A stretch of DNA of 64,000 bases from Octopus vulgaris (lineage: Eukaryota): the NCBI GenBank assembly GCA_951406725.2, contig OX597828.1:32364001-32428000 (forward strand), given 5' to 3'. Below the pieces are notes generated by a model that was given only the letters and a program-made list of their open reading frames with translations, did not search any database and had not been told where the DNA came from. Below, one piece after another: positions 37,129 to 56,549 of the stretch (positions within the stretch are counted from its first letter, which is position 1; each line of letters starts with the position of its first letter). The position numbers and the translations under genes were made by a program.

Positions 37129-38230
37129 ATACGTTTCTTTAGTGGCCACACAGGGCTGCACACAGATGGGGCAAGTTACAAGGTAGAGCTTTTCTTTTTG
37201 GGGAGAAAAAAAAGGTGGCGTAGGTTTTCGATCAATAGGGATCGTGTATCACAGTGTCATGATGTATGGTGTAAAGGGGAAAGCAAGTAAGGTTTATCCG
37301 TGGGAAGAAAAGCCTACGAAAAAGACCACTATAACCTTGGTCAGTATTGTTATATGTTACCACATTTGTTTGCAAGTGGGTAACCCTCTGTTTTCAATTT
37401 CTGGGTTTATAGGATTGTGCTTCGTCATTCATACGTGCCATCCTTGCTACATTCACCCATCTTTTTTTTAAACGTTCGCTAGACAAAACTTGCCTCTCTA
37501 CTCTTACTTTCCTTTTCAAGTGGTACTTGAAGAAGTTGATGAGAGGTTGACCAGAGAGGAAAGTGTTTGTCTCCAATCCTTTCAGACGCGTCCACCAGAT
37601 ACATTCTTTCGCCATAGCCACAAGGATGATGAAAATAGCTCTTCCTTTCCGTTTGAAGGAAGGAGGCGTGACAATATTGACGATAGACTCAGCTGATAAA
37701 CCGACTCGTCCCACACGTGACAGCAGTTGTTCGACATAAGCCCACAGGTCGGATATTGTTGGACACTGCACCAGTGCGTGCAGAACGGTTTCGTCGCTCT
37801 GACCGCATCTTGGGCAGGTCGGCCACGTGTTTCTCGAACCGTGTCTGTAGAGATTATCCCGAACGGGTAGCGCTTCTCGGTAGCACCACCAGGCTGGAAG
37901 TTGTCCATGGGCCCTGGCCCGAAAGTCGTCCCGAACAGGCGGGTCATGTATTCCTCATCGACGTCTAGGTTCGCCCTGAGCTCGTCGTCGTACCTCCCCT
38001 CCATTTATCCCCTATAGAATGCTTTGGGTGTGATGGAGTCACTCAAGGTTGACCCAGGACGGCAGAGTTACTTGAGAGCAATGCGACACTCGCGGTGCCA
38101 TTCGCCCTTCCTCGGCCTCTTTTTGATCCACGATTGCAGTTCGGTCATGGAGATGAGCTGCGGGAAAGTGTGCCTCACAAACGGCGACCACACCTGTTCA
38201 CCGTCGTCTACGAAGAGCCTGAGATGTCGC

Positions 38231-38231
<1 letters not shown>
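37129..38231 (-). mobile_element. Tx1/L1-clade LINE, copy 2 (more truncated, frameshifted)
   Basis: Closely similar to 12709-13920; lacks the 10-bp ccagggatct present in copy 1; GATA repeats on both sides (36853-37125 and 38299-38392). Confidence 0.95.
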
Positions 38232-38297
<66 letters not shown>

Positions 38298-38299
38298 GG

Positions 38300-38383
<84 letters not shown>

Positions 38384-39849
38384 GGATGGATAGACAGACA
38401 GGCAGGTAGATAGATGATGATATGCGATATAGTAAAAGTCCACGTAAGTCCTAAAATGCCGTAACTTTTGAATTAAGTGTATTCTATCCTTTCATCTTTA
38501 CATTATGGATAAGATATATTTCGGACATTTACCAAGTTCAAATGACTATATTAGTAACTAAGGCATTGGGAACAAAATGGTCAGAAACCTTCGTTCCAGT
38601 TTTACATTTTGACATCATTTATAGGGGAGTAATGAAGTAATTACCAGATGACCATTGGGGTCAATGTAATCGTATAACCCCTCTCCTAAAATGCTAGGAT
38701 TTGTGCTTATAGAAGAGAGGACTTTTAATGAAGTCATTAAAGCCCTATGTTTGCTGTAACTGCTATATCACGATTACTGTCCACAACATTGGATTTATAT
38801 TTCAGAGTATTGTTACAAACATGTGCAGATATATGTGGCAGGGAAATCAATGAACGTTTTACCATTGAAATTTGCTTTTACGTGGTTTAACTACTGCTCT
38901 GTGAAGAACGGAAATTGAGAAGTTGAGAAAATAATGGAAAATACATTTAGTTGTTCGTTAAATGTCAGCAGGAAATTTCTAATGACTACAGGTACAAATA
39001 AATTTCTGAGGCAGTTGACTGCAAATGTTATTTCAATTATGCGATTTCGAAATGTAACTAAATAAATGAGAAAATTAGCAAATAATCAGAAATTATTGTT
39101 GTTAAAATATGATCAGCTTGTCGGTGAATTCATATCTGTTTTTATTGCAAGACTCTGAAGTGGAAATAAGGTCAGTAAATTCAATATTGCATTTAAAATA
39201 TCAGTAATTATCAAATATAATTCTTATAAAATACGAGTTAGGTATTTAAAATAGTTAGAATGACATTTTCCTATGACACTCTCTTCCTTATAATTTATGC
39301 GTCTCTATAGTAATTTAAATGAATTAACGTTGATCATTAAATTGCATAGTTTTTAAATTACTTAGATGATAGTGTTACAGATGAATTTAAATATTGGTAT
39401 TCTTAAATCAAGCGTATGTTAAGGTTCCGATGTGAAGGTTGTCAATTATTGTTAACCTCGTATCAAATGATCATTTTATGTATTGTAAATATTTCCTAGG
39501 AAAACTGATGGTTCCCTGTTACTTTCTTGCATCAGTTGTGCGTGTCATGACCAACTGAGATACCGATTCATTAACACAGAAAGGTGTGGCTTATTATTAT
39601 ACGGCAGTTGACTATTAAAGTCGTCCGCATTTAGACCTATATCATTGCTCTTTGCTAAAAGGGTCAACTTTCGACGCACTTTTAGTTTTGTCTACCTTAT
39701 TTCCCTCATTTCTGAAACTATGATACCAGAAACATGTTTACGATACCAAACATCTTCATTGAAACCGAAATCAAAGAATTGCGAAGTGAAGTTATTATCA
39801 ACTTGACTATACATGCACTAAATATAATATAGTTATAATTGAATGCAGC

Positions 39850-40600
39850 ACAGCACACGTAGGCTTCTGCTTACTGATAATGATTGAATACTTTCAAAGT
39901 ATAATTCTTGCTCAGAGAGAATACTTACAAATAAGTTTCTCTGGCAAATGTCATAAAAATACCAATTAAACTATGATTGCGTATAAAATGACATAAACGT
40001 ATGACCTTCTGATTGACATCTCACCGTATAATAACGTTCTAATATTAACGAAAGCCAGACTTTATGGCTCAATAGCTCCATTGTGTTTCATTACTGATCT
40101 CCTCAATATGCCGACCCTTCATCTAAGTTTATGACATCGTTTTGAGATACTGCATCTATATTCCTTTCCTGTAATAGAAAATTTCATTTAATGTTGTTAC
40201 ACACATATTTCTAATTTCTCATTAACATTTCTTGGATTAGTTAAGCACCGACGTTTCAATGCCTCATCAATATTTGCTTGAATCTGGAAACCATTTCTCC
40301 AACAATATCATTGAAAAGTTTACTATTGATATATTCCTGGTACTTAAGAAAATATAAAACTTAGCTTGATATATGTTTAAAATGATTGGCGCTTTTGAGT
40401 TTCGTAAAGTGATGTGATGACATTTGAAAAGAAACTGAAAGACTCAAATCTGGTTCGTTTAATTCCAGTTACGCCTTCTTCATTTGCAGAAAATATTCCA
40501 GTCGGCGCTGCCTTTTTATTTATGCAAAGAGTACCAATCCGTATTGAAATACGAATGCACATTTATTTACAGTGACATGTTAAATAGGTTGGCGAGGTAT
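39850..40600 (-). pseudogene. hAT (Buster/SPIN-like) transposase fossil, C-terminal part
   Basis: Minus-strand pieces in the expected order: 'LFNDIVGEMVSRFKQ', 'LTNPRNV', 'KVW', 'IFMTFARETYL*VFSL' (compare STYLCExxFS). Confidence 0.45.
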
Positions 40601-40747
40601 CAGAATACTTTAACAAATGTACACTGTGATGCTATCAGTCCGGTGAAATGAACGTAAAGTAATTTTCACATAAAAATAATTCACCCCAAGGTGAGAACGA
40701 AATAAGGAAAAAATATACAGGAAAAATCTGAGCACTCTCCGTTGAAG

Positions 40748-40819
<72 letters not shown>

Positions 40820-41579
40820 AACTTTTCATGGCTTACTGACGTATGTGTAATTAGGAGATTTACAACATGCGTAAAGTTTGGATGATATACACGCCTTCTT
40901 GCAAATCTTTTTGCAAACAGTATTATTGCACAACTTTTTATATATTTATCTCAAGTTTTTTTTTAATTACTTTTGCCTCTCTTATCATTCTTCGTAATAT
41001 ATCAAAAAATTATTTTTTTAGTGTGCATTTATATGTTTTACTCTACAATTCCCTTTCTAATATTTCTTCTATAAATTCAATTACGTTTATGTGAGATATT
41101 CGTACTATATATTACACATGTAGTTTTAGGTATTTTGCCTATACATCATTGTTATTATGCTTTTTAAGAGTGGTGATGGAAAATGTAGCGCAATTTATCC
41201 TCATCTATTTGAAGCTTCGTAAAAAGTCTTTGGTGTTCATGAGATACGGCAAATAGTTTCCTGTTCTGAATGTTTATTTACTGTGTTGATAACAACAATT
41301 CATTATCCTTAATAAATATCACCTAATTGAATTTCTCTTATCCAAACAGAAGTAAATTTCATTATTGTTTTTGTTCATTTTAGGTTTTTGTACTCTTCTT
41401 TGTTTCTAAATGAATGTTATTGAAGAACTACTTTAAGAACTACTTTAAGAAAATTTTGGCCATAGGATTCTTGTAAACAGTTCTCTTGTTTTAATTTTAG
41501 GTGTAAAAGGAACAATAAAATGTATGCACATATATGTATATTTTACATTATAATAAATATATATATTTTTTTCTATTTT

Positions 41580-41950
41580 CAGCCAAGAGTTTTCTTTCGA
41601 CATAACTGTTATGAGGCAGGAAAAAATGTAAGAACAAGCGAAGAAGAACATGATTACACACCTCGTATATGCTGTGATGGAGCCAAATTCATCGTGGACA
41701 TCAATAAATTCCATGCCGCCATGACGATACGCTGCGTGGCTAGGTGACGTTATCAAATGTAAATATACAATGGGGATTGCTAAATTCCTCTGAATATATT
41801 CTCTTACTCTATCGTGGCCTCACTCTTCCCATTATGTCCATGTCCGAAACCATCAGATCACATCTTCAATATCAACGGATATTCAGGACCACGCTAAATA
41901 ATAAAGAAATGTTAACACTGATACAAAGAAATGATTCATTTAATGCTGGG
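41580..41950 (+). pseudogene. hAT transposase fossil, catalytic-core part
   Basis: 'ICCDGAK' (compare ICTDGA), 'TIRCVA' (compare IHC), 'ETIRSHLQYQRIFRTTL' (compare IRSxxLNHRxF). Confidence 0.4.
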
Positions 41951-43369
41951 ATGTGCCTTTCCACTTAACGTGAAATAAAACATATATAAATATATGAGGA
42001 TGTTGTTTAAAAGAAAATGATAGAAAAAACTTCTAACGGTTAAATGTTTGCATTGTAAACCTTAGGCATTTTATGTGAGATTTAGCAGTAAACAACTGAT
42101 CTCTTATCTGATATAATATATCAGTTAAGGTGTATCTTAAATATAAATGTTTGCGCGTTTGACATGGGTGTGTGTGTTAAAAAGCTCGCTTTTATATGTA
42201 GTAAAAAAAACGATGGTATATTTATGAGCTAACACTGTGTGTTAGCATGAGCTTGACTGAACACGAACCCAGATCAAACATTTAAATAAAATTCTAACAA
42301 ACTCGTTACACTGAACAGTATAAGAAAGAAAATATTTTTTAGTTTGGCTTTCAAAAGTATCTAAAATCGAGTGACCAAAAGAAACAAATATCGAAAAGGA
42401 AAGAAAGAAAGAAAGGAACCAATTGGCAATACTCCGATAAAAACGTCTTTGTCCAAATATCTTTACGCGTACTTAAATATTAACTGTTGAATGTTTAATG
42501 TATGGTGTACGGTAAAACATACAGAACAGTGAGCTTATATGTTGTGTATTAATTGCTATTAATATTTGTTTAATGTTCTCTGAAGGACTAAATATGGAGT
42601 AACAATATCATGAATATTGGTATATGTGTTACCAATAAATAACGGATTACCAATCATACTTAAAGAAAACTAAAAAAGGATATTTAAATAAGAACCTAAA
42701 CTTTTTTCCATGCTATATCTTTGATATGACAAAAAACAAAATGCATCCGGGACAGGTTCTAATTTATAAATTGGAAATTACAAACACGATTAGTTTTATT
42801 TGAATTTTATGTTCACTTTCCCCAGAAGAAACCGTTCATATACTAAAGCTTCCCAACAATACATGCACTTTAACTGGTTGTTTTCTGCTGAAAGTTACTT
42901 CATTTATATATATGAAAAAAAAGCAACGGTATGAAAAAAAAAATAACCAGCGCTTCTGTAAGAGTTGTGACACAGAAGCAGTATGTTCGGAAACTAATAC
43001 GAGTGAAAAAATTTCTTTCAAAATATTGTGAAAACTATTTAAAAAGGAAAGGGTTATATATCATGATGGTAACACTGTGACGATGGCTGATATGAATAGC
43101 GTGAACACGATAGTGAGTGCGCTAACAGTGGGAAAAGGGGAGACAGACATTGTAAAATAATGATAAAATAAAAAAAAATGAAATGTATGTTTGTATGCTT
43201 GTATGAAAACGCATGGATTTCTAAATGATAAAAAAGAAGATATATTTATTTATAAACATATGCACACATAAATGTGTATGTTGATTATATTAAATTTGAT
43301 AAATAGGTATAAGCCTAACCCCTCTGTATTTCATGTATATTTAGCTTTAAATATTCCCTCTGTACGAGT

Positions 43370-48951
<5,582 letters not shown>

Positions 48952-49633
48952 AGAGAGATCTTGCCGGCTTTTGTTCAAAGGGAGAATTATTATTTCATTG
49001 CCACTATTTAGAATGAGTTCTCCAACTCATCTCTTTGACGTTTATGTAATAACTAGATTATTTGTGGCTTATGGATAATTGGACGTGCCTTCCCCCAGGT
49101 GATTGTTATTTGCGAATGTTTAAGGATAAGTTGGTTTTCTATAATATATGATGCATGTTAAAATATGTGTCTTCTACATATTACCTAAATGTAAAATACC
49201 AATAATTCTGCTTAACCTACAAGGTATTGAGAACAATATCATCTGCAAAAACACCGATGACAACAATTAATAAATATCCTACATATTTTCACAGTGGAAG
49301 AATACAATGAGGTTAGATCGCTAAGCGTGCAAGACCAGGTAGAAATAGCAGGTTTTCGTTTTCTTAAATACCATCTTCCTACTTAAAAATTAAATAGAAA
49401 TAAACACTGAATAATGTAGTTATTGATTAAATAATATTAGGTAATCATTGTTTGAAGGCTCTTATTCCTTATGTGAGACCACTTAAGGATGGCCATAGAA
49501 AACTAAAATTAACTAAAAGTAGATTGGGGTATTCCCTTTACAGAAGATTGATGGCTTTGGAACTCTCTCTTGCCGCCTAACAAAAATGTATTATTTCTCT
49601 TTGGAAAAAATATTGATCTCACTTAAATGAATA

Positions 49634-49847
49634 TATGAGCTTGTGCTGAAAAGGTCCTGGCTTTGGGTAAAAGAAATTACAGGAGGATCAGTTAATTTTG
49701 ATTTTATTCAACATATTCCCCTCTCACATTCACACACTTATCGCAACGGTCCTTCAGTTTTTCAAAGCTTTGTAAACGAAGTTTGGGGATCTAACCAGGC
49801 CTTTCGCGAGAACTTTAAAGCCAGGAGCTTTTCAGAACACTCTTGTA
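49634..49847. mobile_element. Mariner-type MITE (~210 bp)
   Basis: TIRs tatgagcttgtgctgaaaaggtcctggcttt and aaagccaggagcttttcagaacactcttgta; TA ends; no coding capacity. Confidence 0.75.
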
Positions 49848-51960
49848 TCAATGGGTGATAAATATAGGAATGTGTATTGTATTTTATTAAAGAACGTCGG
49901 CACGTCTTAATTCTTCTCCACAGTATTAATTAGTGTAGTTATTAAATTAAGGTTACAATTGCATCAAGTCTTTTTCATAACATGGACTGATATGTCACAT
50001 GTTTTGTTAGGTTTATTTCTCATTACACCACAGCAATGGAAGCCGTCCACAATTTTGGTAGAGCTGAATCAAACCCGTGCAGTTCCCCTTAAATTGAATG
50101 TGCAAAAAATGCAATAAATTTGTAAGTTATTGAATAGGGAGACGTAAAACTCGCGCGGTTGAATTTAGACCATTTTCTTTTAATTAACGGTTATTATGGA
50201 AGGCAGTGTGGAAAAGCGGGCGTTTGATGGAATCTTGCAAATATGTGAAAATGATAATATTTAGGTTTTAGGTTCCGAACGGATACAGTACTCGAGATTA
50301 ATTTGTGCAAACCATAATCTCTTCAAACAAAGACTTTCTGATAACGCAAGCATCCATTGAATTATGAGATATCTCGTGAAGCAGGGAGGAGCTCAGGAAG
50401 TATCACATCGTAAAGCAAATGAAGCTCGGAGCGGAATATTTCATAATTAGAAAGACAAATAACATTAAAACGAACGGACTGCATATAACGATGATATCGT
50501 TATTGAAGAATAGCGTTTCGTTGGAAAGAGCGAGTTAATCGTCAGAGATAGGGATTAATTTCATGAACTATAAAAGAAACAAAATAATCTCGTTTTCAGC
50601 CACATTTTCTTTCTACGTCAGTTGTATGGGGTTCTGTATTAACCGGAGTTAATTTTGAAAAAAAAGTTGATACTGACGATGATAATACATTGATTACAAC
50701 AACTAAAGTTAGTTAATATAATAGGTTTTTGATCTCTGCTCCAAACTAATTCTCTTAACGGATATGAGATATTTTACGTTTTGCTGATAATAAATTATGT
50801 TTTATTTTTATTCAAGTTATTTTTATTCAAGTTATCAGCACAAGTTCTCCGGTATCTAGCAATCAATCATTTTTTAACTACAATATAAAATTGATATTGA
50901 CAGTGAAAATAATATTATATTAATTCTATAGAATAAATTTTAAAATTTATTTCATATGCAATTGCATGCGTTTTGTAAAATGTTGACTAATTTGTGAACG
51001 GCGTATAAACACGCGATGAAATTGTGTAATGCAAGTCGTGTTGCATCATATCAAAGAGGCATGCATACGAATTCCATATTTAGTGTTTGTACGTTATTTA
51101 TATCCGCAGGATGGATCCATAGAATATAGCGGTTAGTGTATTTCAAGAGTTTCTACATCACAGCAGCTAAATATAAGGAAGAATTAATTATTTGGAGCAG
51201 TATTTACAGAAAAAAATATGAATACATGAGTGACAAATCAGGAACATGGATGCAAATAGTTACGATTACAGAAGAGCACCTACCGAGTACTCTCAATAGG
51301 ATAGTTTGCGTTTTATTTAGAACTGAGAGCACAGTAATGGTTTCCTTATAAATGTAGTTTTCGTGACTATTATTTGAATAAAATATATCATGGTGAGCGT
51401 TGTATATAAAAAGATGTATTGTGTTGAAATATTTCTCTCGTATACAGGAAATAGTAGTAACCTTTTTTTACCTTCGTGTATTTATATTGTAGATAATATC
51501 AGGTTTCACTTGGTGGATAGAGAAGATAGCGTACGATCGAAGAAGAATATTTAGATGCAGTGTTTTGTTGCTTTTAGGATACCATATAAACTTCTATATT
51601 GACATCACCAAGTGTATTAACTGTTGATACCGTTACAAAAGATTATCAAGCTCAAACCCGTTGAGTTGGTGAACGGATGTATCAATCTAAAAATTGGTTA
51701 CATCTTTGATATTAATAGTGGATATATTCTAGCTTTAAAATTAATGTTGCATGGAGAGAGCACAATACGTACAACTGAATAGAAACTTTGTAAAAATATA
51801 AATATTTGAGAAAAAAAATATGTCTTCTGGAAAATATGTCACTCTTTTTAAAATTAGATTTCCTGTCAGACATCACATACGGAACTGAAAAACTTGCACC
51901 GTTTTCCCAAATATATTTTCATTTTATCACAGACAGAGTACAAATAGATGAACACTTATA

Positions 51961-52110
51961 AGCACGAGCCTTGAAATATTGAAGAGGGTCAATCAATTTA
52001 ATCGATCCCAGTGCTTAACTGGTAATTACTTAATCAACCCTGAGAGGATGAAATGCAAAGTTGATCTCGGCGAAGCTGGAACTCAGAACATAAAAACGTA
52101 CGAAATGCTT
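51961..52110 (-). mobile_element. SINE family B fragment
   Basis: atcgatcccagtgcttaactggt...gaggatgaaatgcaaagttgatctcggcg. Confidence 0.7.
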
Positions 52111-52399
52111 GTAGTCAGTATTTTCGATTAAGCATTAATGACTTGTAGGTCCTTGGTATTTCGTTATGTAAACATAGTATACTGTAAAGTATGCTATTGA
52201 GAATTTTGCTATCACATTTAATATACTATACTATAATATAGCATAACGATATATTGCATAGCTGCAAGCCATTAGTATTTACGTAGAAGCTCCCAGGAAT
52301 GCGTTTAATATGTAAATTGGTATATCCAATAACTACACACTACTAGATATAGTGGATATTTAAGCAATGTGTCCGAGGATGGTTAGATAGGTTAGATGG

Positions 52400-52860
52400 G
52401 TGCTGCTTTATTGTTTTCTTTATCGAGGAGTCATCCAGTCACGCTAATTGCTCAGGCTAGCCTGACTACCTCTCTCCATCCCTCACGGTCTTCTATTCGT
52501 CTTCAACTTGGCATTCAACATCTTCTGCAAGCAGTTGTATATATGTCTTCCGTGGTCTTCCAGCTGTTGTGGGTGTCCACAGCAACATATTACTCACAAG
52601 TTCTTCTTTATGAACATCCTGATGCTGATGTCCGACCTACCGTTGCCCTTTTCATTTCATTCCATCTCAGTTGGGATTTCAACTTCAAAAGCTGTCGCTC
52701 TGGAGAGGTCAAACGTGGAAGTCATATCATCCCAGAACCGATAAACGATGGAACTTGGTGCTGATGAAGAGACAAAGCACCTCGAAAAATGGCATATATG
52801 TCCATTACCTGTTCTTCATCTACCATATCATTGTTTGTTTACATCTCACGTCTCGTATAC
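52400..52860 (-). mobile_element. RTE-type LINE 3' fragment
   Basis: Minus strand reads 'LVSNMLLWTPTTAGRPRKTYIQLLAED' then 'EDREGWREVV', typical of an RTE C-terminus. Confidence 0.75.
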
Positions 52861-54571
52861 GAAACACAGTAGTAAAAGTCAGTACTGGCTCTAATTTCTA
52901 TAGAGATAACCTTTAATGCATAATGTATTAATTAAGCCTCATTATTACGTGATTTTATAGCGTCATGTCTTTTATGTCGTACTCACAATTAGTCAGTTCA
53001 TCATTAGTTCTATGTATTGTTGGAGATATTTTATATAAGCTTCAATAAGGAACAGCACACGGAAGATTATAAGACTATAAAGTTTTGGAGAACATTTACG
53101 AGATTTCGCGAGATAAAGCGAAAAAAACGTAATGGAAACGTAATACAGTATAAATAATGTCAGTATCGTCGAAAATATATGCATATCTATTTTATTGAAA
53201 CTTGTTATGGTGGAACACTTCCTGCACTGGGGCCCTAGCTAATACGGGAAACACTCTAAATTTACAGGAAAGGAAAAGTCGCCTCATTACATTCTACATC
53301 TTAACCTGAGGAGAAATGGCAAATAAATCTATTCAGTGGTATTTTAAAAAAATATATAAAATCTTTGTACATCATAAAAAACAATTACAAGGTGTTTTAA
53401 TTTTGGTCATTATTATAAGTTTATTTACAAAAGTTTTAAAATCTTAGAGCACCCTGGTTGGAAGATATCGGCATTCACACGGCATAAAGTAGGTCGAAGT
53501 CGAAGTAAGATGCTATCATTTGAAAGCAGAAACGTCTGTCTGACTGTGTGTATATGTTTCTATAAAGAATCATGGAAAAAATCGTACGCAAAGACTTTAG
53601 GGAATGTAAAATGATATAACATAAAATTGAATGATTGGTGAAGAAGACTAATATAGCCTTGATTAATAGTAATGAGTACATGCAGAAATTTAATCTGAGT
53701 GTCAAAGTCGAGTTATCCATTTGTTAATCATATCCTGACGCCAGAAATGCTCGAGGTTTGAATGAATAATGCGCAAATTAATGGAAATTAATTCAATTTG
53801 GTCAGAACATGTGGCAACATTATATCCTGCATGCCCAAAATGTAACAGCTTTAAGGAAATTGGAAAACTACAGCATACCTTGAAAATAGTGAGCATTTCT
53901 ATTTGAGGTGTGCATTTCTCATAATTTAATAAGTGTACTTTTGTTTTGCGCGACTTAAGTAGTGAAGCAATGAGCATAGATGAGCATGGTATATACCTTC
54001 CCGGAAAAAATATATACATGGTATATATTTACATAATATAATAAATACATGGTATATGTTTACATAATATATACATGGTATATACTTCCCCGGAAATTTC
54101 TAATGGTCAAATGAAGAAACTTATTTGAGTAACAGACATTGAAATATATCTTCCACAGACACCTTATGTATTAAAGGCTAAGGTTTTATCCTCGGCTACA
54201 GTACGGTTTTTTTTCTTTGCGTTAATTGTTAGATATGACCTCATATGTCATTTTGAATAAGGGGAAACAAAATGTACAATGCCTGATAAGGTGTAGGCTT
54301 ATGCGAAGAGAGATATTTAGACTACGTCTTGATTCGAAAGATTTGCATAGGCATAGACATACGTACACACACACATATACATATTTGTAACTATATATAG
54401 ACACATCACAAACACACACATATGTATGTAAAGATAATGTGGATAGAAAAACGATTTTGGTGACGATGCAAAAAGGCGAAATAATGAAAGAATTGTAGGC
54501 AGACTGTGACCAGTCGCATAAGAATCCCATTGTCAGGTCAAAACAATTAAGGCAAGTGATATGCTATATAC

Positions 54572-54636
<65 letters not shown>

Positions 54637-55387
54637 GAGAGAGAGAGAGATAGGGAGGAGGGAGGGGGAAAGAGCGAGTACTGGCTATTTGCCAACATGA
54701 TGTGACTGTCCCGAAACAGACGATCTAACTCTTGTTTTAGCCCCAAGAAATATCATTTCTAGCTACACGGCACACTATCTGTATCCTTACGTTTTCGAAC
54801 ATGTAGCCCAGCACTCCATCTAGCACAAAACATCTATGGCGGAGTTTCTCGGTTATTGCCCTTTATCAACACATGGTAGCTGTTTTGACCAGATGGCGTT
54901 GCTGAATTCATCGTTCGAACATATAGTTTTCAAAGTGACACACAGCTATTGTTCAAGAAATAGAAATATTATTTCTAAATCTCTCAAAGAGAGGCTCTAC
55001 TTAAACAATGCATCGCATTTTCTTTTTCTAGATATCGACATCACCACCTATATATCATCTCGATTAATCTAGCTATTTCAAAATGAGTTATTTCTAATTA
55101 GTACCAATGCGACAGCGATGAACAGTTAAAAGTTATATTCCGCTAAGGTATTTATTTCAAGAATGTAGAACAATGTTGTTAAATGAAATGCTGTTTGAAT
55201 GATACGCAAGGAATTTGCAATACCAGTGATATATTGAATATACTTCAATATCAAACTGCGTCAACCGCTTAACAGGATTAATTGGATTTCTTTCGCTATG
55301 ATATCCACAGGCAATACACTGACCTAACGAGATTTTACGCGCACTTCAAACACTGGTTTAAAACAACGAATTCAGATTACGTCTTGA

Positions 55388-55710
55388 AATATATTGGGTA
55401 GGCTACTATAAACTGGTACTCCGTCGGTTACGATGATGACCGTTCTAGTTGATCCGAACAACGGAACAGCCCGTGAAAATAACGCGCAAGTGACTGAGCA
55501 ACCGACGCGGTAGTTAACAGGGAGCTTCAGTGAGACACAATGTAAAATGGCTGGCTCCTTTGAATTACAAATATAACACATTTTTACCAGCTGATTCCAC
55601 TGAAGCAATGTAAAATAAAATATCTGGCTAAAGGGTATTATCGCAAACACGGGAATCGATCTCACTACTTTACGATCGTCAGTTGAATGTCCTAAGCCTT
55701 GCGCCTTCAC
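55388..55710 (-). mobile_element. tRNA-derived SINE, family C (diverged)
   Basis: Minus-strand head with a B-box-like gatcgattccc; body ...gatccgaacaacggaacagcc...gtactccgtcggttacg. Confidence 0.55.
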
Positions 55711-55787
55711 CTCTAGAGGTTTTTAGGTGTTTAAATTGCAGCATACAAAATTTATTTATCACATTTGTTTCGTATGAGAAATAATAC

Positions 55788-56367
55788 TGGTTTGAAATTT
55801 CGCCACAAGGGCAGTAATTTCGTGGGAGAGGGCAGCAATTATATTGACCACAGTTGTCAGCTAGTATGCAATATATCGACCATAAAAGGAGACTTAAGGT
55901 CGATCTCAGTGTAACTTGAACTCAGAACGTAAAGAGAGACGAAATGCAGTAAATATTTTGCCCAGCGTGCTAACGATACTTCCTGCTCGTCGCATTATGT
56001 TGATAAATAATATTTTTTCCCACAAGGAGCTAAACATAGAGGGAGATAAACATGGCTCGACAAAGTGCGTAACTGATACTTATGTAATCTACCCTGAAAG
56101 AATGAAAGGCAAGTGGACCTCGGCGGAATTTGGACTCAGAACGTAACGGGAGATGAAATACCTATTTCTTTACTAAACACAGAGAAGACAAATAAGGACA
56201 GCCAAACGGATTAAGTCGATTATATCGACCCCAGCGCGTAGCTGGTACTTATTTAGTTGACCCCGAAAGGATGAAAGGCAAAGTCAGCCTCGGCGGAATT
56301 TGAAATCAGAACGTAGCGGCAGACAAAATACAGCTAAGCATTTCAACAGATTCTTCCAGCTCGCCGA
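55788..56367 (-). mobile_element. Cluster of three joined SINE family B copies
   Basis: Repeated gaaaggcaa..ctcggcggaatttg.actcagaacgta units at ~55900, 56105 and 56273. Confidence 0.8.
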
Positions 56368-56549
56368 CTTTTATGATAAATAATATTATAATAAAATAAT
56401 GTTTCTTTCAATTCAGAAAAGAAGCAATTCTTAATAGACGAAGTTTCTTTTTTTTTAATTGTCCTCATTACTCCACTCCATAAAAAACGATTCTGATGTT
56501 ACCTTACATAATCTTTGTATTTCATTTGGAATAAACTGTACCAGTGTAG

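Noticed and set aside
40410-40560. Cadherin-like 'SFAENIPVG' peptide on the plus strand
   Set aside because: No other cadherin motifs (DxD, LDRE, DxNDN) and stop codons nearby; the opposite strand fits a hAT fossil better.
41583-41743. Candidate host exon (ttttcag...GCTAGgtgac)
   Set aside because: Plausible splice signals, but no partner exons, and the peptide resembles a hAT core. It cannot be excluded without RNA-seq.
53985-54096. CRISPR-like repeat-spacer array
   Set aside because: Repeats are too short, the spacers repeat each other, the context is eukaryotic and there are no cas genes.
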